NCBI GenBank assembly: GCA_050084985.1
Contig: JBITNC010000001.1
Span: forward strand, 100,750,001 to 100,814,000
Length of the DNA: 64,000 bases
Direction: 5' to 3'
Source: Nageia nagi
Taxonomy: Eukaryota > Plantae > Pinophyta
The notes below the pieces were generated by a model that was not told the DNA's origin, ran no database searches, and worked only from the letters and a program-made list of their open reading frames with translations. Positions 38,459 through 50,826 of the stretch are shown here, piece after piece. Position numbers and translations under genes: made by a program. Position 1 is the stretch's first letter. Each line of letters begins with the position of its first letter.

Positions 38459-39331
38459 GGTTGGTGCATACTTAAAAAAGACAAGCTTGTCTTTGAAATC
38501 ATGTGATTGGGCTTGGAGGTTGTCTAAACTGAAGAGAGACTAAAAAATGCAATCTAGGGCACTTGCAAGCCCAGGGTATGCCCCTAGGAGACAAAATCTT
38601 GTCTTTTTTGGGCATGCACCAAGCATAAGAAGCAGGTTGGAATGAAGTGGAGCACAAAAATAAGGCAAGGGCATAACAAGGTTGGTGCTTGGTTGGCACA
38701 TGCCTCAAAAGGACAAAATTTTGTCTGTTTGAACCATGCGCAAAGCTTGGAAAGGCTTCTAGTTCGAGCAACAGGGAAAAATTTGACAAGTCATGTACCC
38801 AAAAACCTTAAGATCAGCTCAAACACTCGTAGAGGGGCTGGCACATGATCTCAAAGGACAAATTCTTGACTTTTTGAGGCATGTGCCAACCCCAGGAAGC
38901 CTCTAGGATCGAGCAAGGATAAAAATTTGGCAAAGGCATGAACACTTAAGCATCAAATCACGAAAATTAAGCCATCTGGAGGTTGGCGCATGATTCAAAA
39001 AGACCAAATCTTGTCTTTTTGAACCATATGACTAGGTTGGGTAGGTAGGCAAGGCTGGCACATGCCTCAAAAATTCACAAACTTGACTTTTGGAACCATG
39101 CGCCAAGCTTACAGGCTGTCCATGTTGAGATGAAAGATCAAAATTGTCAAGTCCAGCCAAAAGGAAGACCAAAAATAAGGAGAAATCGGGTTATTGAGTG
39201 AGTTTGGTGATCAAGGCAGGCAAGCAAGCAAGAGACCCAATGTTAGGAGCATGCTCACCCTCAAGGCTGGCGCATGATTTAAAAAGTCACAATTTTGTCT
39301 TTTTTTTTTTTTTTTTTATCATGCACCAAGC
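38459..39331. repeat. array of seven ~55-60 bp imperfect palindromes with unique spacers
   Basis: Consensus ggYtggcRcatg..tcaaaaagac-aaatc-ttgtctttttga..catgYgccaa. Copies start near 38459, 38573, 38691, 38834, 38981, 39053 and 39265. Confidence 0.85.
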
Positions 39332-39470
39332 TAGTTTTTGCTCCAAAACCCCAACGTTTGAGCACAAGTGACCTTTCATGAATTTTTGGGTTGGCACACA
39401 TCTCGAGGTTGGCAAAATGGAGATTGAGATGATGTTTACCAATAACCCTAGCCGACTAGGCAAGGTGGGC

Positions 39471-39478
39471 TATAAATA
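39471..39478 (+). promoter_or_regulatory. TATA box upstream of the extra ORF
   Basis: ggcTATAAATAca, 227 bp before the ATG at 39698. Confidence 0.6.
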
Positions 39479-42400
39479 CAAGCTTGGGACTTCATTTTAT
39501 CCAAATTCAAACTTGATCCTCTTCCACTTTTGCGTTGTAACAACAGGGAAATAGCAAATTTTGAGCGTAAATCTCATCACTATTCACCTTAGGGCTTATG
39601 CAAGCACTTGGGAGGCAAGCTACTCCAACATGGAGTGTCTTCTCCACCTGAAACCTACGCACCACCCTTGAGGAGCAACATTGCAAGCTAGAACATCATG
39701 ACTTCCTCCAAGAGTAATTTAGCTTTAGACTTTGCTAGGGACCTTGAGAGGTTGAGATAGGATTGTATCATCACCATTTGTGGAGGCAAGACCCTTTGCC
39801 CCAAAGGGCTAAGTTCTCCAAGAATGAGTTGGCCATCATCGGAGACACAGACTGACAGAAGGTGGATCCAATGCAGATGAGGGAGAAGATTAGGAACATG
39901 TCAATCAACGAGTTGAAACAAGATATCATCTTCTTCTTTGGGTTCTCAACTTGTACCTTCGTCCTGTTCATAGCTTTGTTCCCAGAGTTGTGCTTGGAGA
40001 TTGGTCAGCATTGAAAGAAGGGTGAGACGGTGTTTTGTGACATCAAAGGCAATATCATCATGGACTTCAGCACCGAAGCCATCAAGACAACATTTTAGTG
40101 GACTTCGGAGGGCAACTTTGAGTATATGGAGGAAAAGTCATTGGCATGCTATCGAGACACAAATAGGGTAGCCGTGTAAAATCAAGATTTGGATGTTGGA
40201 TGAACACCATGGCCTAAAGGGTGACACACTCATCAATGTCCCTTGCTCTCACTTCTATCCCTTCATGGAATTAATGATCCTCATGTTGTCAAGGGTTCTC
40301 AGGAAGGAGGATGCATCCAAATTCCGGAAGGAGTTCTTTGGCTTCATTGTAGAGATAGCTAGATGGAAGAAAATTAAGTGAAGTAAGGTGCTAAGTGATA
40401 GCATCATGGACCAATTATCATCAGTGGGAACCACACACAAAATCTACCTCATCTCTTACTTGGCATACTTTCTACTTCACGACAAGCAAAGACCTATAGC
40501 TTTAGGGGAAGAAAACTTGATTGAGAAAGGAATATATGCCATATGGAAATGTTACCCTAAATGGAAGATTGAGAGATGGGAGAACTTCACAATGAAGAGT
40601 GATGGATGGGAATATGAGATCTACAAGGAGCTTAAGGGAGAAATCACCATTGCTAGGATCTCAAACTTAGCCCAGAATGTGTTGAGGAAGCATGGGGATT
40701 TCTTCATCTACCACCAACATTACTCCTATATTCGTCTCTATAGATCAATCGTGGAGCCATATCAACTGTCCCAGTATGTGAGCAACATGATGCTCTTGAT
40801 GGAGATGATGAGGCAGTTGACCTACCTCCATGAGCACATTTGGCAAAAGAAGTCAGCCACTTCCAGTTTGCCGATCATAGTGGGAAAGTATTAGTGTAGC
40901 GCATGGGCGGATGTGAATTCCATGATAGAGTTGTGAAGGTACAACTTCAACAAGATGCTAGCTACCACAAACTATGATCCTAAGCACTGAATCCGATGAG
41001 CATAGGCCACTTAGAGACGAGGAGTCATTTTGAAATGTCAACAGTGAAGTGGAAGTGAAGAAGATTCGTGCCAAGATGTAAGAAGAGGCTTAGAAGCAAC
41101 AATGAGAAGTGGAGGCATCTATTGATAAGAAGTTCTCTCAGTCTCGGGGAAAGAAGTCACAAGAATCCACCTCTAGAGTTACTCACTTTCCACCAACGAT
41201 TGAGGAGCTTGTTGGACAATATGCATCCATGCACGGGAAGAATCCAGTTGAATAGGTAGTGTAGTAGGTTAGAGATACAGTTGATGAACATGATATGAGG
41301 GAATTAGAGTGTGTAGTGACCAACAAGTTAGTGAGGTATGTGAGGAACAAAGAAGCAAATTCATCGCCACCCCAAAGGCCACCAAGAATAGTAATGTCAC
41401 GTCCATCTTAGACCGTCCCACCATCAAGATTGGAATCTTCAGGCCACTTGTACGAACCTGATAACACCCTTGAGAGAGAACAAACAGGGGAGCAAGAAGG
41501 TAATGATCGTCAAAGCATGCTTGCAGAAGGGGAAAATGAGAGTATACCCGAAGATGAATTTGATGAAGAGCCAGAGAATGGGCATGTAACTAGTACAGTT
41601 CCCGAAGACAATATTCAAGATGCCTAAGGTGAAGAGCCATCTCTTGAGATATTGAAGGAGGTCCACAACCATGACATTTCGAAGCCTTCAATATCTCGAG
41701 GGAAAAACAAAGGTCTAACCCTTGAGTCAATACCAAGGAGAGTGCAATTAAAGAGGGGATCTCAGTCTAGATTGCTGGTGACATCCGATGACATTGCATA
41801 ACAAGGAGGAAGGCCCTCGAAGAGACTTAAGGAAAATGCCATCACTGTTGTCAAAGCAGTAGTAAAAACCCATCAACCTTCGCCTAATCATGATTGGGGT
41901 GTGGATATGGATGAGTGCCTCAATGTCTTTAACATGGATGTTAGAGACAGTTCAGACCTAGAGAGTTGATGATTAAATTGGGGAGAGTTAACTTGTTGGG
42001 AAGCAGTCAGACTTATTATACATATTGATAATGCATATGCATAAGACTATAGTGGCTGACAAGGTAACCCTAGTGCCCCGGGGACTTGGAGCAAATCAAT
42101 TAGATCATTAACACAGGCCCCATTAGCATGGTTTCCAAAAAACACGCGATCATATCGAACATCGAGGCAATCACCAAGGATGGGCTACTAAAGGAGAAAG
42201 AGATAAAGAGCTTGAAGGAAGAGTTTGCTACCTAAAAGAGATTGATTCGTGAGCTTGAGTCAGCCAAGGTGCCTACAGAAGAACTTAGGAAGGTGAGACC
42301 CCTCAAAGAAGGCATGATGGTAGTAAAACAAGAAGTGATGGATGATGTCTTAGCAGTATTGAGGAAATTTGTTGAGGCCCTTCACAAGATCTCAATCGAA

Positions 42401-42892
42401 GAAGATAAGTTGAAGTATAATGTTACTTGGCATCGAAAGGGTTAGATTGCATAGGATTTTAAACTCTCGCAAACCCATGATACTGAGATTTAAGGTGACA
42501 CAGGCTTAGAGGCCCGAGGATACTAAGTTTTGTGATGATTATTAGTTCTATTAGGGCGTAAATAGTCAAGTGCTCACTCGCTTCCAGGAAACCAAGAAGG
42601 AGGTGACCATGATCAATGATAGGGCCCATTCATATATGGAGTAGATGGACTTTCAGGTGCAATGCTTGGAAGAGAATACTACCATTTAAGAGGATGATGA
42701 GGTAGTGGCAAAGGTCAAACACCTTCACAACTTGATGATGATAGAAGATGTTAACTCCTATCAGTCAGGGAGTCATTTGAGGCATATATTGCGAGCTCAT
42801 GCATGGAAGGTTGAGATGAAGAAATTGGTGGATGAGGTCAAGGACAGCGTTGCTATTAGTAGGCCAAAATTCTTGGAGATGTTGCATGGAGT

Positions 42893-43394
42893 TGAGAGAA
42901 TTGAACTATAACAAGAATAATCTTAAACTACCAATACCACATGAAAGCTCAAACTGATATCAAGATAAATCAAGAAGACAATCTCACAAAGTAACTCAAG
43001 ATGTAAAGTGGTTCCTCCTACTAGGAGTACATCCACTAACTAAATCTTTATTTCAATCACAAATACAACTCTCTTACAATCCTTCTAATCTCAACTTCTA
43101 CTCTTCTATCTTATAGCATAACTTTACTCCACAAATTAATGTGTAATCATAAAGAGGGAACCTTCTATTTATAGGCCAAAATCCCTTTTTGGATCACCCT
43201 TTTATCCAATGTACAAAAGCATAACATGCATATCTTTTTACCTAAGGGGCTTGCTCATGACATGGAGTGTAGGACAAGTTACATTATCATATTCACTTAA
43301 ATACTTAAGGTATCAAATGATACCCTTAAGTATTAGTAAATTTACATCGAAGATTTAATACAACCTTTACAATAATGCATTATACATTCCAACA
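42893..43394 (-). repeat. copia 3' LTR
   Basis: tgagagaa...ttccaaca followed by ctccccctta (PPT complement). Confidence 0.95.
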
Positions 43395-43865
43395 CTCCCC
43401 CTTAATGCAATATTGGGATAGAATGAGTAAGAGAGAAGAAAAAGAGAAAGTAAGAGAGTTCTCCTCCAAATAAATACAACGAAGATGAGAGCTTTTTACA
43501 TATTTGTGAAGTAAGAAAGATCTAGTTTGAGGTTCACTACTTTGCTAAATACAATCATTAATCACAAATAGTTTCAATGGACATGAAGTAGTCATCCAAC
43601 TGGAAGTCATGAAGAGTCTCCAAGAGCTTGCATATTTGAGGTAAGTAACTTGCAATCTTAAAGGAACCTGCAAGTCATAAGCAGCTCAAATAATAAAATC
43701 AATTAGATGCATCATATTCATATCAACAAAGATAGATGAATCACACAAATGCCATCATGAACTGATCAATAGTGCATTATAAATCATCACAAAGATGCCA
43801 TGCCAAAAAACTCAGTCACCTGTTGTATATAAGATGTGTTGATTATTATTATAAAATAAAGCATG

Positions 43866-44165
43866 CACATACAAGTTCCTCACATATGTATAATTGAACA
43901 ATGCCAAAAGACACATAAGAGTTCCTCACACATGGATAACTTAACAATGCTAAATGACACATAAGAGTTCCTCACATATGGATAACTGAACAGTGCTAGA
44001 TTGACCAAAAATAGAACATGCACATAAGAGTTCCTCATATATGGATAATTGAACAGTGCTAAAAGACACATAAGAGTTACTCACATATGGATAACTGAAC
44101 AATGCTAAAAGACACATAAGAGTTCCTCACATATGGATAAATAAATAGTGCTAGATTGACCAATT
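43866..44165. repeat. 46-bp tandem repeat, six units, in the copia 3' UTR
   Basis: Unit cacataagagttcctcacatatggataactgaacaatgctaaaaga; 155-bp higher-order period. Confidence 0.93.
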
Positions 44166-44287
44166 TGTATATGTTCCTCACACAGAGCGAACTTACCATG
44201 AAGGTGTACAATAAAATCAATACTATATAGCACAAAATCCTTCTAGGGGTGAAGTTGTCATCACAAACATGAATTCAATATAAGAAT

Positions 44288-47200
44288 TCAAATTTCACTC
44301 CCCCTTGAGGGTAACTTCATTAATCCAATATCATCCCTAAGCTTACAAAATTGAGCTTCTAGTAGGGGCTTGGTGAACAAATTAGCGGAGTTCAAGGTGG
44401 ATGGACAATACTTTAGGTGTATGATGCCATCAAGAACCTTCTCTCTGATAAAATGGGCATGGATTTTCACATGTTTTGTTCTTTAATGAAACATAGGATT
44501 CTTAGCCTAAAGAAGTAGCCAACTAGTTGTCTAAAGATATCAAAGATGAGCCAACTTGCTCATACCTAATTTTTTTAGAAGATGCCTTAGCCAAATGGCT
44601 TCTTGGGCTGCAATAGACATGGTACAATATTCAGCTTCTGTAATGGAAAGAGAAATAATAGGTTGCTTCTTGGAAGCCTAAGAGATAGCATCTAAACTAA
44701 TGTTAAACACTTATGCAAAGGTTGACTGCCTGTCATCTCTATCTCCCCCATAGTCAGAATCTGAGAATCTAGAGAGAATAAATGAGGGTAACTTAGAATA
44801 CTTGAGAGCAAGATCTTTAGTCCTTGCAACATACCTTAAGATTTGCTTAATAGCATTGAGATGCTCAACATAAGATTTTTGCATGAATCATGCCATCAGA
44901 TTTACTGCAAAGGTAATATCTAACTTGGATATAGTCAAATACAAAAGACTACCAATTAATTGTCTGTAAGCTGTAGCATCAGCTAACTAAGAGTTGGAGC
45001 TTAGAAAAATAGTAATTCTAAGAGAGACTTGGATCGTAACATATCTGCATTCCATTCCAAACTTCTATAAGATGTCTGATATATACTTAGATTGATTGAG
45101 GTAAGTACATTCCTTGTATTGATACACTTGCATTCCAAGATAATAGTGCAAGAGACCAATATTAGTCATTTCAAACATTACCTTAAGTTTGGATATGCAT
45201 TATTGAATAATTTCATCATTATTTTTAATAATCAAAAGATCATCCACATAAAGGAGAATCAAGACCATGTCTTTTTTTTGATTGAGCACATATAGATTGG
45301 AGTCAAAAAAATACTTGAAGAATCCATATTTGCAAAGTACCCTGAAATCTTTCTATATCAAGTTCGAGGTGCTTGCTTAAGTCCATACAAAGACTTCTTT
45401 AGCTTGCACATAAAGGATTAGTTACCTTTCACAATAAATACTTCTGGTTGATTCATGAAGATTTTCACATCTAAGTCACCATTAAGAAATGCACTCTTGA
45501 CATCAAGTTAAAAAACTTTTCATATTTGAGCTATAGAAAGAGCAAGGATAACTCTCATAGTAAGCATCTTTACCATGGGAGTAAAGGTTTTCTCAAAATC
45601 TACATCGTATTTCTAAGCAAAACCTTTAGCTACTCACATTGTCTTATATTTCTTAATATCTCTAATTGAATTAACTTTGACCTTGGAGATCCACTTATTG
45701 CCAATCACATTCTTATCATTGGGATAAGGAAGCAAGTTCTAAGTTTTATTTTTCATAAGCACCTTATACTTCACTTTTATGGCTTCCATCTAGCACTTAT
45801 GCTTAGAAGCTTCTTTGAAGATTGAGGGCTCATGGTTTTTGTCAATCTTGGTAATTAAGGATTTGTTCAAGGTCATGCTCTTTGTTATCCTTTGTGTTGG
45901 AGAATTTGGTTTTTGAGGTGACTTGTCTACATCAATATCCAACTAGCTAGGAGCAATTGAAGAGTCCTTTAGATCATTAACATCCTTGTTAGAAGCAGAT
46001 TCTTCGAAAAGTTCATTGAATTTTACATCCCTTGAAATGAATATTGCTTTATAGATTGGAGAGTAGAGCCTATAGTATTTATGCTGATTGTCATAACTTA
46101 GAAAGATGCATTTTTCAGCTTTTTTATCCAACTTCTTTTTCTTGAAAATAATGTAGGAGAATGCTTCACAACCAAATACCTTAAGGTGAGAAATGTTGAG
46201 TTTTCTTTCTGACCATGCCTCAAAAGGAGTTTTACTCTAAATAACTTTTGTGGGACACCTATTCAAAGTGTAAATAGTAGTGCTCACAACTTCATACCAT
46301 AAGAATTTAAGACGATTACCTAACATGCATCTAGTTATCTCTATAATTATTCTATTTTTTCTTTTTGATAACACTATTCTGTTGAGGAGTGTATAGAATC
46401 ATAAATTGTCCTTTGATTCTATACTTAGCACAATAGTCATTGAACTCATTGTTGTTATATACTCTCCAATTATCTGATCTCAATATCTTAATTTTAAGGT
46501 TAGTCTGATTTTCAACAAAAGCTTTAAAAACCTTAAAACTCTTAAAAGTTTGATCTTTGTGCTCAAGTAGATACCCAAAGGTCATCCTACTAAAGTTATC
46601 AATGAAAGTCAAGACGTAAGATGCTCTTCCAAATGACTTAATCTAAAATGGACCTATCAAATTTGAATGCACAAGTTGAAGAGGTTGAGATGCTTTTGTT
46701 ACCTTATTCTTTTCAAATTTTTGCCTAAGCATCTTACCAAGAATGCATTTCTCACATAGATCAATTGAAGGAGAAATTAAAGGTAAACCTTCCACAAGTT
46801 CTTAGTTTTTTATGATTTGAATACTATTATGGTTAAGGTGCCCTAAACGATGGTGCCAAAGATTACCTTTGGAACACACATTAGAAGCAAGGCATATCTT
46901 TGATGAAACTTGATCCATAATGTAGAGGTTATCTTTCACATATCTTTTAACCAAAGTGGAAAGTTCTTTCTTAATGCACCAGGGTTGTGATTCGAACTCA
47001 AAAATGAGTACCCTTTTTTTTTTAGTAACTTAGATAATAGAAAGAAGGTTTATCCTGAGCTTAGGAACAAAGACAACATTGTCAATAACCTTCTTGTGAA
47101 TCAACACACTCCTAATTCTTTAAACATTAAAGGTAGAGATATCACCTATCACAACCGTATCTTATACTTGTGAAAGTTCTCAAACATTTTCTTTTTAAAG

Positions 47201-47822
47201 CATAGGTAATTAGTGCAACCAGAATCATCAATCCAATTAGATGAAAAAGAGCGAATCATGGATAAGAGTTTTTTCATGCTTCAACAAGAGCTTAGAAAGG
47301 TTTTCAAGGGAGAAGACTTCTTCTTCATAATCAAGCTTTATTTTCATAACTATCACAAAGTTTTTAAACTTTAAAAAATGATAAAGACTATGAACACATC
47401 ATTGATCTAATTGCAACCACAAGCAACAAGTTTTTAGGTCAATAATTTTGTTCAAGTAGATAGCCACATTTTTCATTTCTTTCTCTTTGATGAGATTGAA
47501 GCAATTTTTGGAGAATGGTAAACCTTCTTGAAAAGTTTGAACCAAGGTATATTTGCTTAAGCTTATCTCATTCTTCTTTTATCAAGGTTGAAGAAGAAAT
47601 CATCAGGAGCATCTCATCTGAAATTGCATGGTAAATCATGAAGGTTGCTAACTCATTCTTTATGTTGTAAACCTTTAGTGCCTTTTCAACTGTAAGAGGT
47701 ATAAGGTTTTCAATCACTATTTTCCAAAGCTTCTTTGCTTGCAATTTAGCTCTCATCCATGGTTCTCAAATTCCATAGTTGAAACCATCAAAAATGTGTT
47801 TAGATAAAAAGGATTCTCCTAT
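44288..47822 (-). pseudogene. copia gag-pol remnant
   Basis: DSGCTNY (protease), LWHHRLGHLN, FIDNFSR..KILRSDN..YTPQQN (INT), DKKAEKCIF, LDVKSAFLNGDL / LKKSLYGLKQAPR (RT), TEAEY..HFIREKV..FTKPL (RH); many stops. Confidence 0.95.
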
Positions 47823-49744
47823 TTACTACATAAGAATGTGAAATAATAAGCATGTGATTTTAATAAATAACATTAAATGTTAAGTTTTAACCATGTTACA
47901 TTTAACACTAAAGATATGCTTAATTTGATTCACAAGTGTAAATATTTTACAAAATAATAACCCATGTACCCAAATACATTTCTCATCTCAAGAATTGTAG
48001 ATGTAGAGTGACATTGTTACATAATATACATGCGGATATGTTCATTTTAGAGGGTTGCTCATTTCAATGTTTATGTTTTTATTTGCATAAGCAAATAAAT
48101 CAAAATGCGAAACATAAAAGAGCATAAGTAAAATATCATCTATTCAATAACTCAAAATCGAAGTGTCCAATGGATTTTGTTTAGTAACTCCTAAAGGACA
48201 TCTTTACATCAATTTTTATTTTGCATATGTCCATTAACTTTGCATAAAAGTATACATCAATCCCATAAGTATAAGTATGCATCATTAACTTAAAGAAGTA
48301 TGCATCAATCCAAAAATTAAACATGCATTAGTTCTTCATAAAAACTAGAATTTAAGAGGCAATCATGCATTTTTAAATCATAAACATGCATCTTCAAAAA
48401 TTTTAAATCATAAGTATGCATCTTCAAAAATTTTAAGTCCTAAGCATGCATTTTTGACTTAAAGAATATTTAACTTAAATTTTAAATCTTTAAACTTTTA
48501 TCACCAAAAATTAAGTTTTAAGAAAATATTAAGCATGCATAAATTTTTAAGTACTAAGCATGCATTTTAGTATGCAAACTAGATAAAAATTTAAGTAGAA
48601 ATTTTATACAAATTCTCCTTCTTTTTATTTAAAGGTTTATCTTAAAAAGCAGCATACTAAATAATTTATCCTTAAAAGTATTTCATTTACAAAGTAATTT
48701 TCTCTTTTAATAAGCTTCCCTAAAAAAAAGCTTAGTTTATTCTTAACTAAAATAGTTAACTAAGTAATTGCTTATGTTTGTAAAAAATTAAGCATAAACC
48801 AAAAAAAATATCCTTAAGAGTACAGGTTTTTATTTTTCCTTAAGGCTCAAGTTAATTTGGAGTACAAATTAACTTGAGTATACATTATAGGTCTGAGAGC
48901 ATTAAAAGGATAACTTGTTAGCATGAACAAAAGGAAAAAAATTAATGTTACACACAAAACAAGGCACAAACCCATCGAAGTGAGGAGCGGCCCATTAACA
49001 AAGGGAGAACAAAGGCTGTGAAGGGGAAGCATCGATCGCGTGAGGAGAAACAATTGCAGGAGAAGACCGCTCTACGTGGAGGAGGCTGGAAGGCACGGAG
49101 GACGCGAGGGCCATGCAGGAGGTCGCCACAACTGATATCGCAGAGAAGGAGGAGGACCTAAGTGGCAGGGGTTGTGCCCGATTGCCATAGCAACCACCAC
49201 ATAATAGATTGCTATGAGACCTACATGCTAGACTCATGATAGAGAGCGAAATGATTTATCGGGCTGCCTATCCTTAGGGAAAGCAGGGTGCAACTTCCTA
49301 ACGAAGTAGACCCAAGTGGTGTAGCTCTTTATGGATCCCATGAATATGTTGAGCTGGGTTAAAGGAAGCAATGATCTGTAGAGGGAGCCCAGAGAAAGCA
49401 ACCCACCCAATGGATAGATGCACCAAAGTTTGATCCGCGTAGCACTTGTCCCTCATTCTACGGGAGATAGGAGCACAATCTATTCATTCGTAGGTGAGAC
49501 AAAAGGGAGGCCGCTTACAATAGCATCCTATTTATTAGTCCTATGCATGGTAATTTTTTACATCTGATCAACTTCTTATTTGGAAGTGGCGGATTGACCA
49601 CGAGCAAGAGTGGGGCCTAAGTGACATGCTGAACGGGATCCGAACATTACTTCGTTCGAGCTATAGAGTGAAATGCATCCATTGGGGGCTACCTCCCTTT
49701 TTTTTTTTTCTTTTACAGATTTTGTATATATATAAAAATGCTTT

Positions 49745-49747
<3 letters not shown>

Positions 49748-49789
<42 letters not shown>
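49748..49789. repeat. (TA)n microsatellite in the copia leader
   Basis: About 21 TA units. Confidence 0.95.
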
Positions 49790-49792
<3 letters not shown>

Positions 49793-50326
49793 CATACAAC
49801 TTCTCTTTTTTTGTTAGTAGAAACAAAATTGTAAATAAAATAGATTACGACTATTTTTTTTGTAAAAAAAATTTATCATTTATAAAAGAATGTTTTAAAA
49901 AAATATTTCTTTTAACATTTTTGTAGAATATGAAAAAATATGTTTTTTGATAAAAAAAAATTAGTGTGCAAAAAAAATTGCACCATATTTTTAATATATT
50001 TTGTAATATTACCTTTTTAATATTAAAAAAATTGTATAGTAACCTCTTTTCTTAAAAAAATTGCAAGTAACATAGTGGTTAGTATAAACAAAATTTTTGC
50101 AATTTGTTAGCCATATTAAGCTCAAAAGAACTAACACATAATAAATAATATGTTAGTAAAATGATGAAATAATAACAAGTAACCAAGAGGAAAAGATTTT
50201 ATATCTTCTCTTAGTTTTACCTCAACAATGAATGGAGGAGTGTAGAATGAATGAAGATCACCAAGTTGTAAAAGAAGAGCTATCACACCAAGAAGAGGAG
50301 CTTTCACACTATGCTTTGATACCAAT

Positions 50327-50826
50327 TGAGAGAATTGAATTATAACAAGAACGATCCTAAACTACCAAGATCACATGAAAGCTCAAATTCACATCAAGAT
50401 AACTCAAGAAGATAATCTCATAAAGTAACTCGATGTAAAGTGGTTCCTCCAACTAGGAGTACATCCACTAACTAAATCTTTACTTCAATCACAAACACAA
50501 CTCTTTTACAATCATTCTAATCTCAAATCCTACACTTCTATCCTATAGCATAACTTTATTCCACAAATTAGTATGTAATCACAAAGAGGGAGCCTTTTAT
50601 TTATAAGCCAAAATCTCTCTTTAGATCATCCTTTTATCCAATGTACAAAAGTATGATATGCACATCCTTTTACCCAAGGGGCATGCTTATGACATGGAGT
50701 GTAGGACAAGTTACATTATCATATTTACTTAAATACTTAAGGTATCAAATGATACCCTTAAGTATTAGTGAATTTACATAAAAGATTTAATACAACCTTT
50801 ACAATAATGCATTATACATTCCAACA
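50327..50826 (-). repeat. copia 5' LTR
   Basis: Adjacent to the tRNA-Met PBS; direct repeat of 42893-43394 with roughly one mismatch in ten by eye. Confidence 0.95.

Larger units (their letters stand above)
42893..50826 (-). mobile_element. full-length decayed Ty1/copia LTR retrotransposon (7.9 kb)
   Basis: LTRs 42893-43394 and 50327-50826, TSD ggagt/tgagt, PBS TGGTATCAAAGC (50313-50324), PPT at 43395-43404, and order gag-PROT-INT-RT-RH. Confidence 0.96.

Noticed and set aside
38459-39331. CRISPR array
   Set aside because: Eukaryotic retroelement context, repeats ~55-60 bp and degenerate, spacer lengths very uneven, no cas genes.
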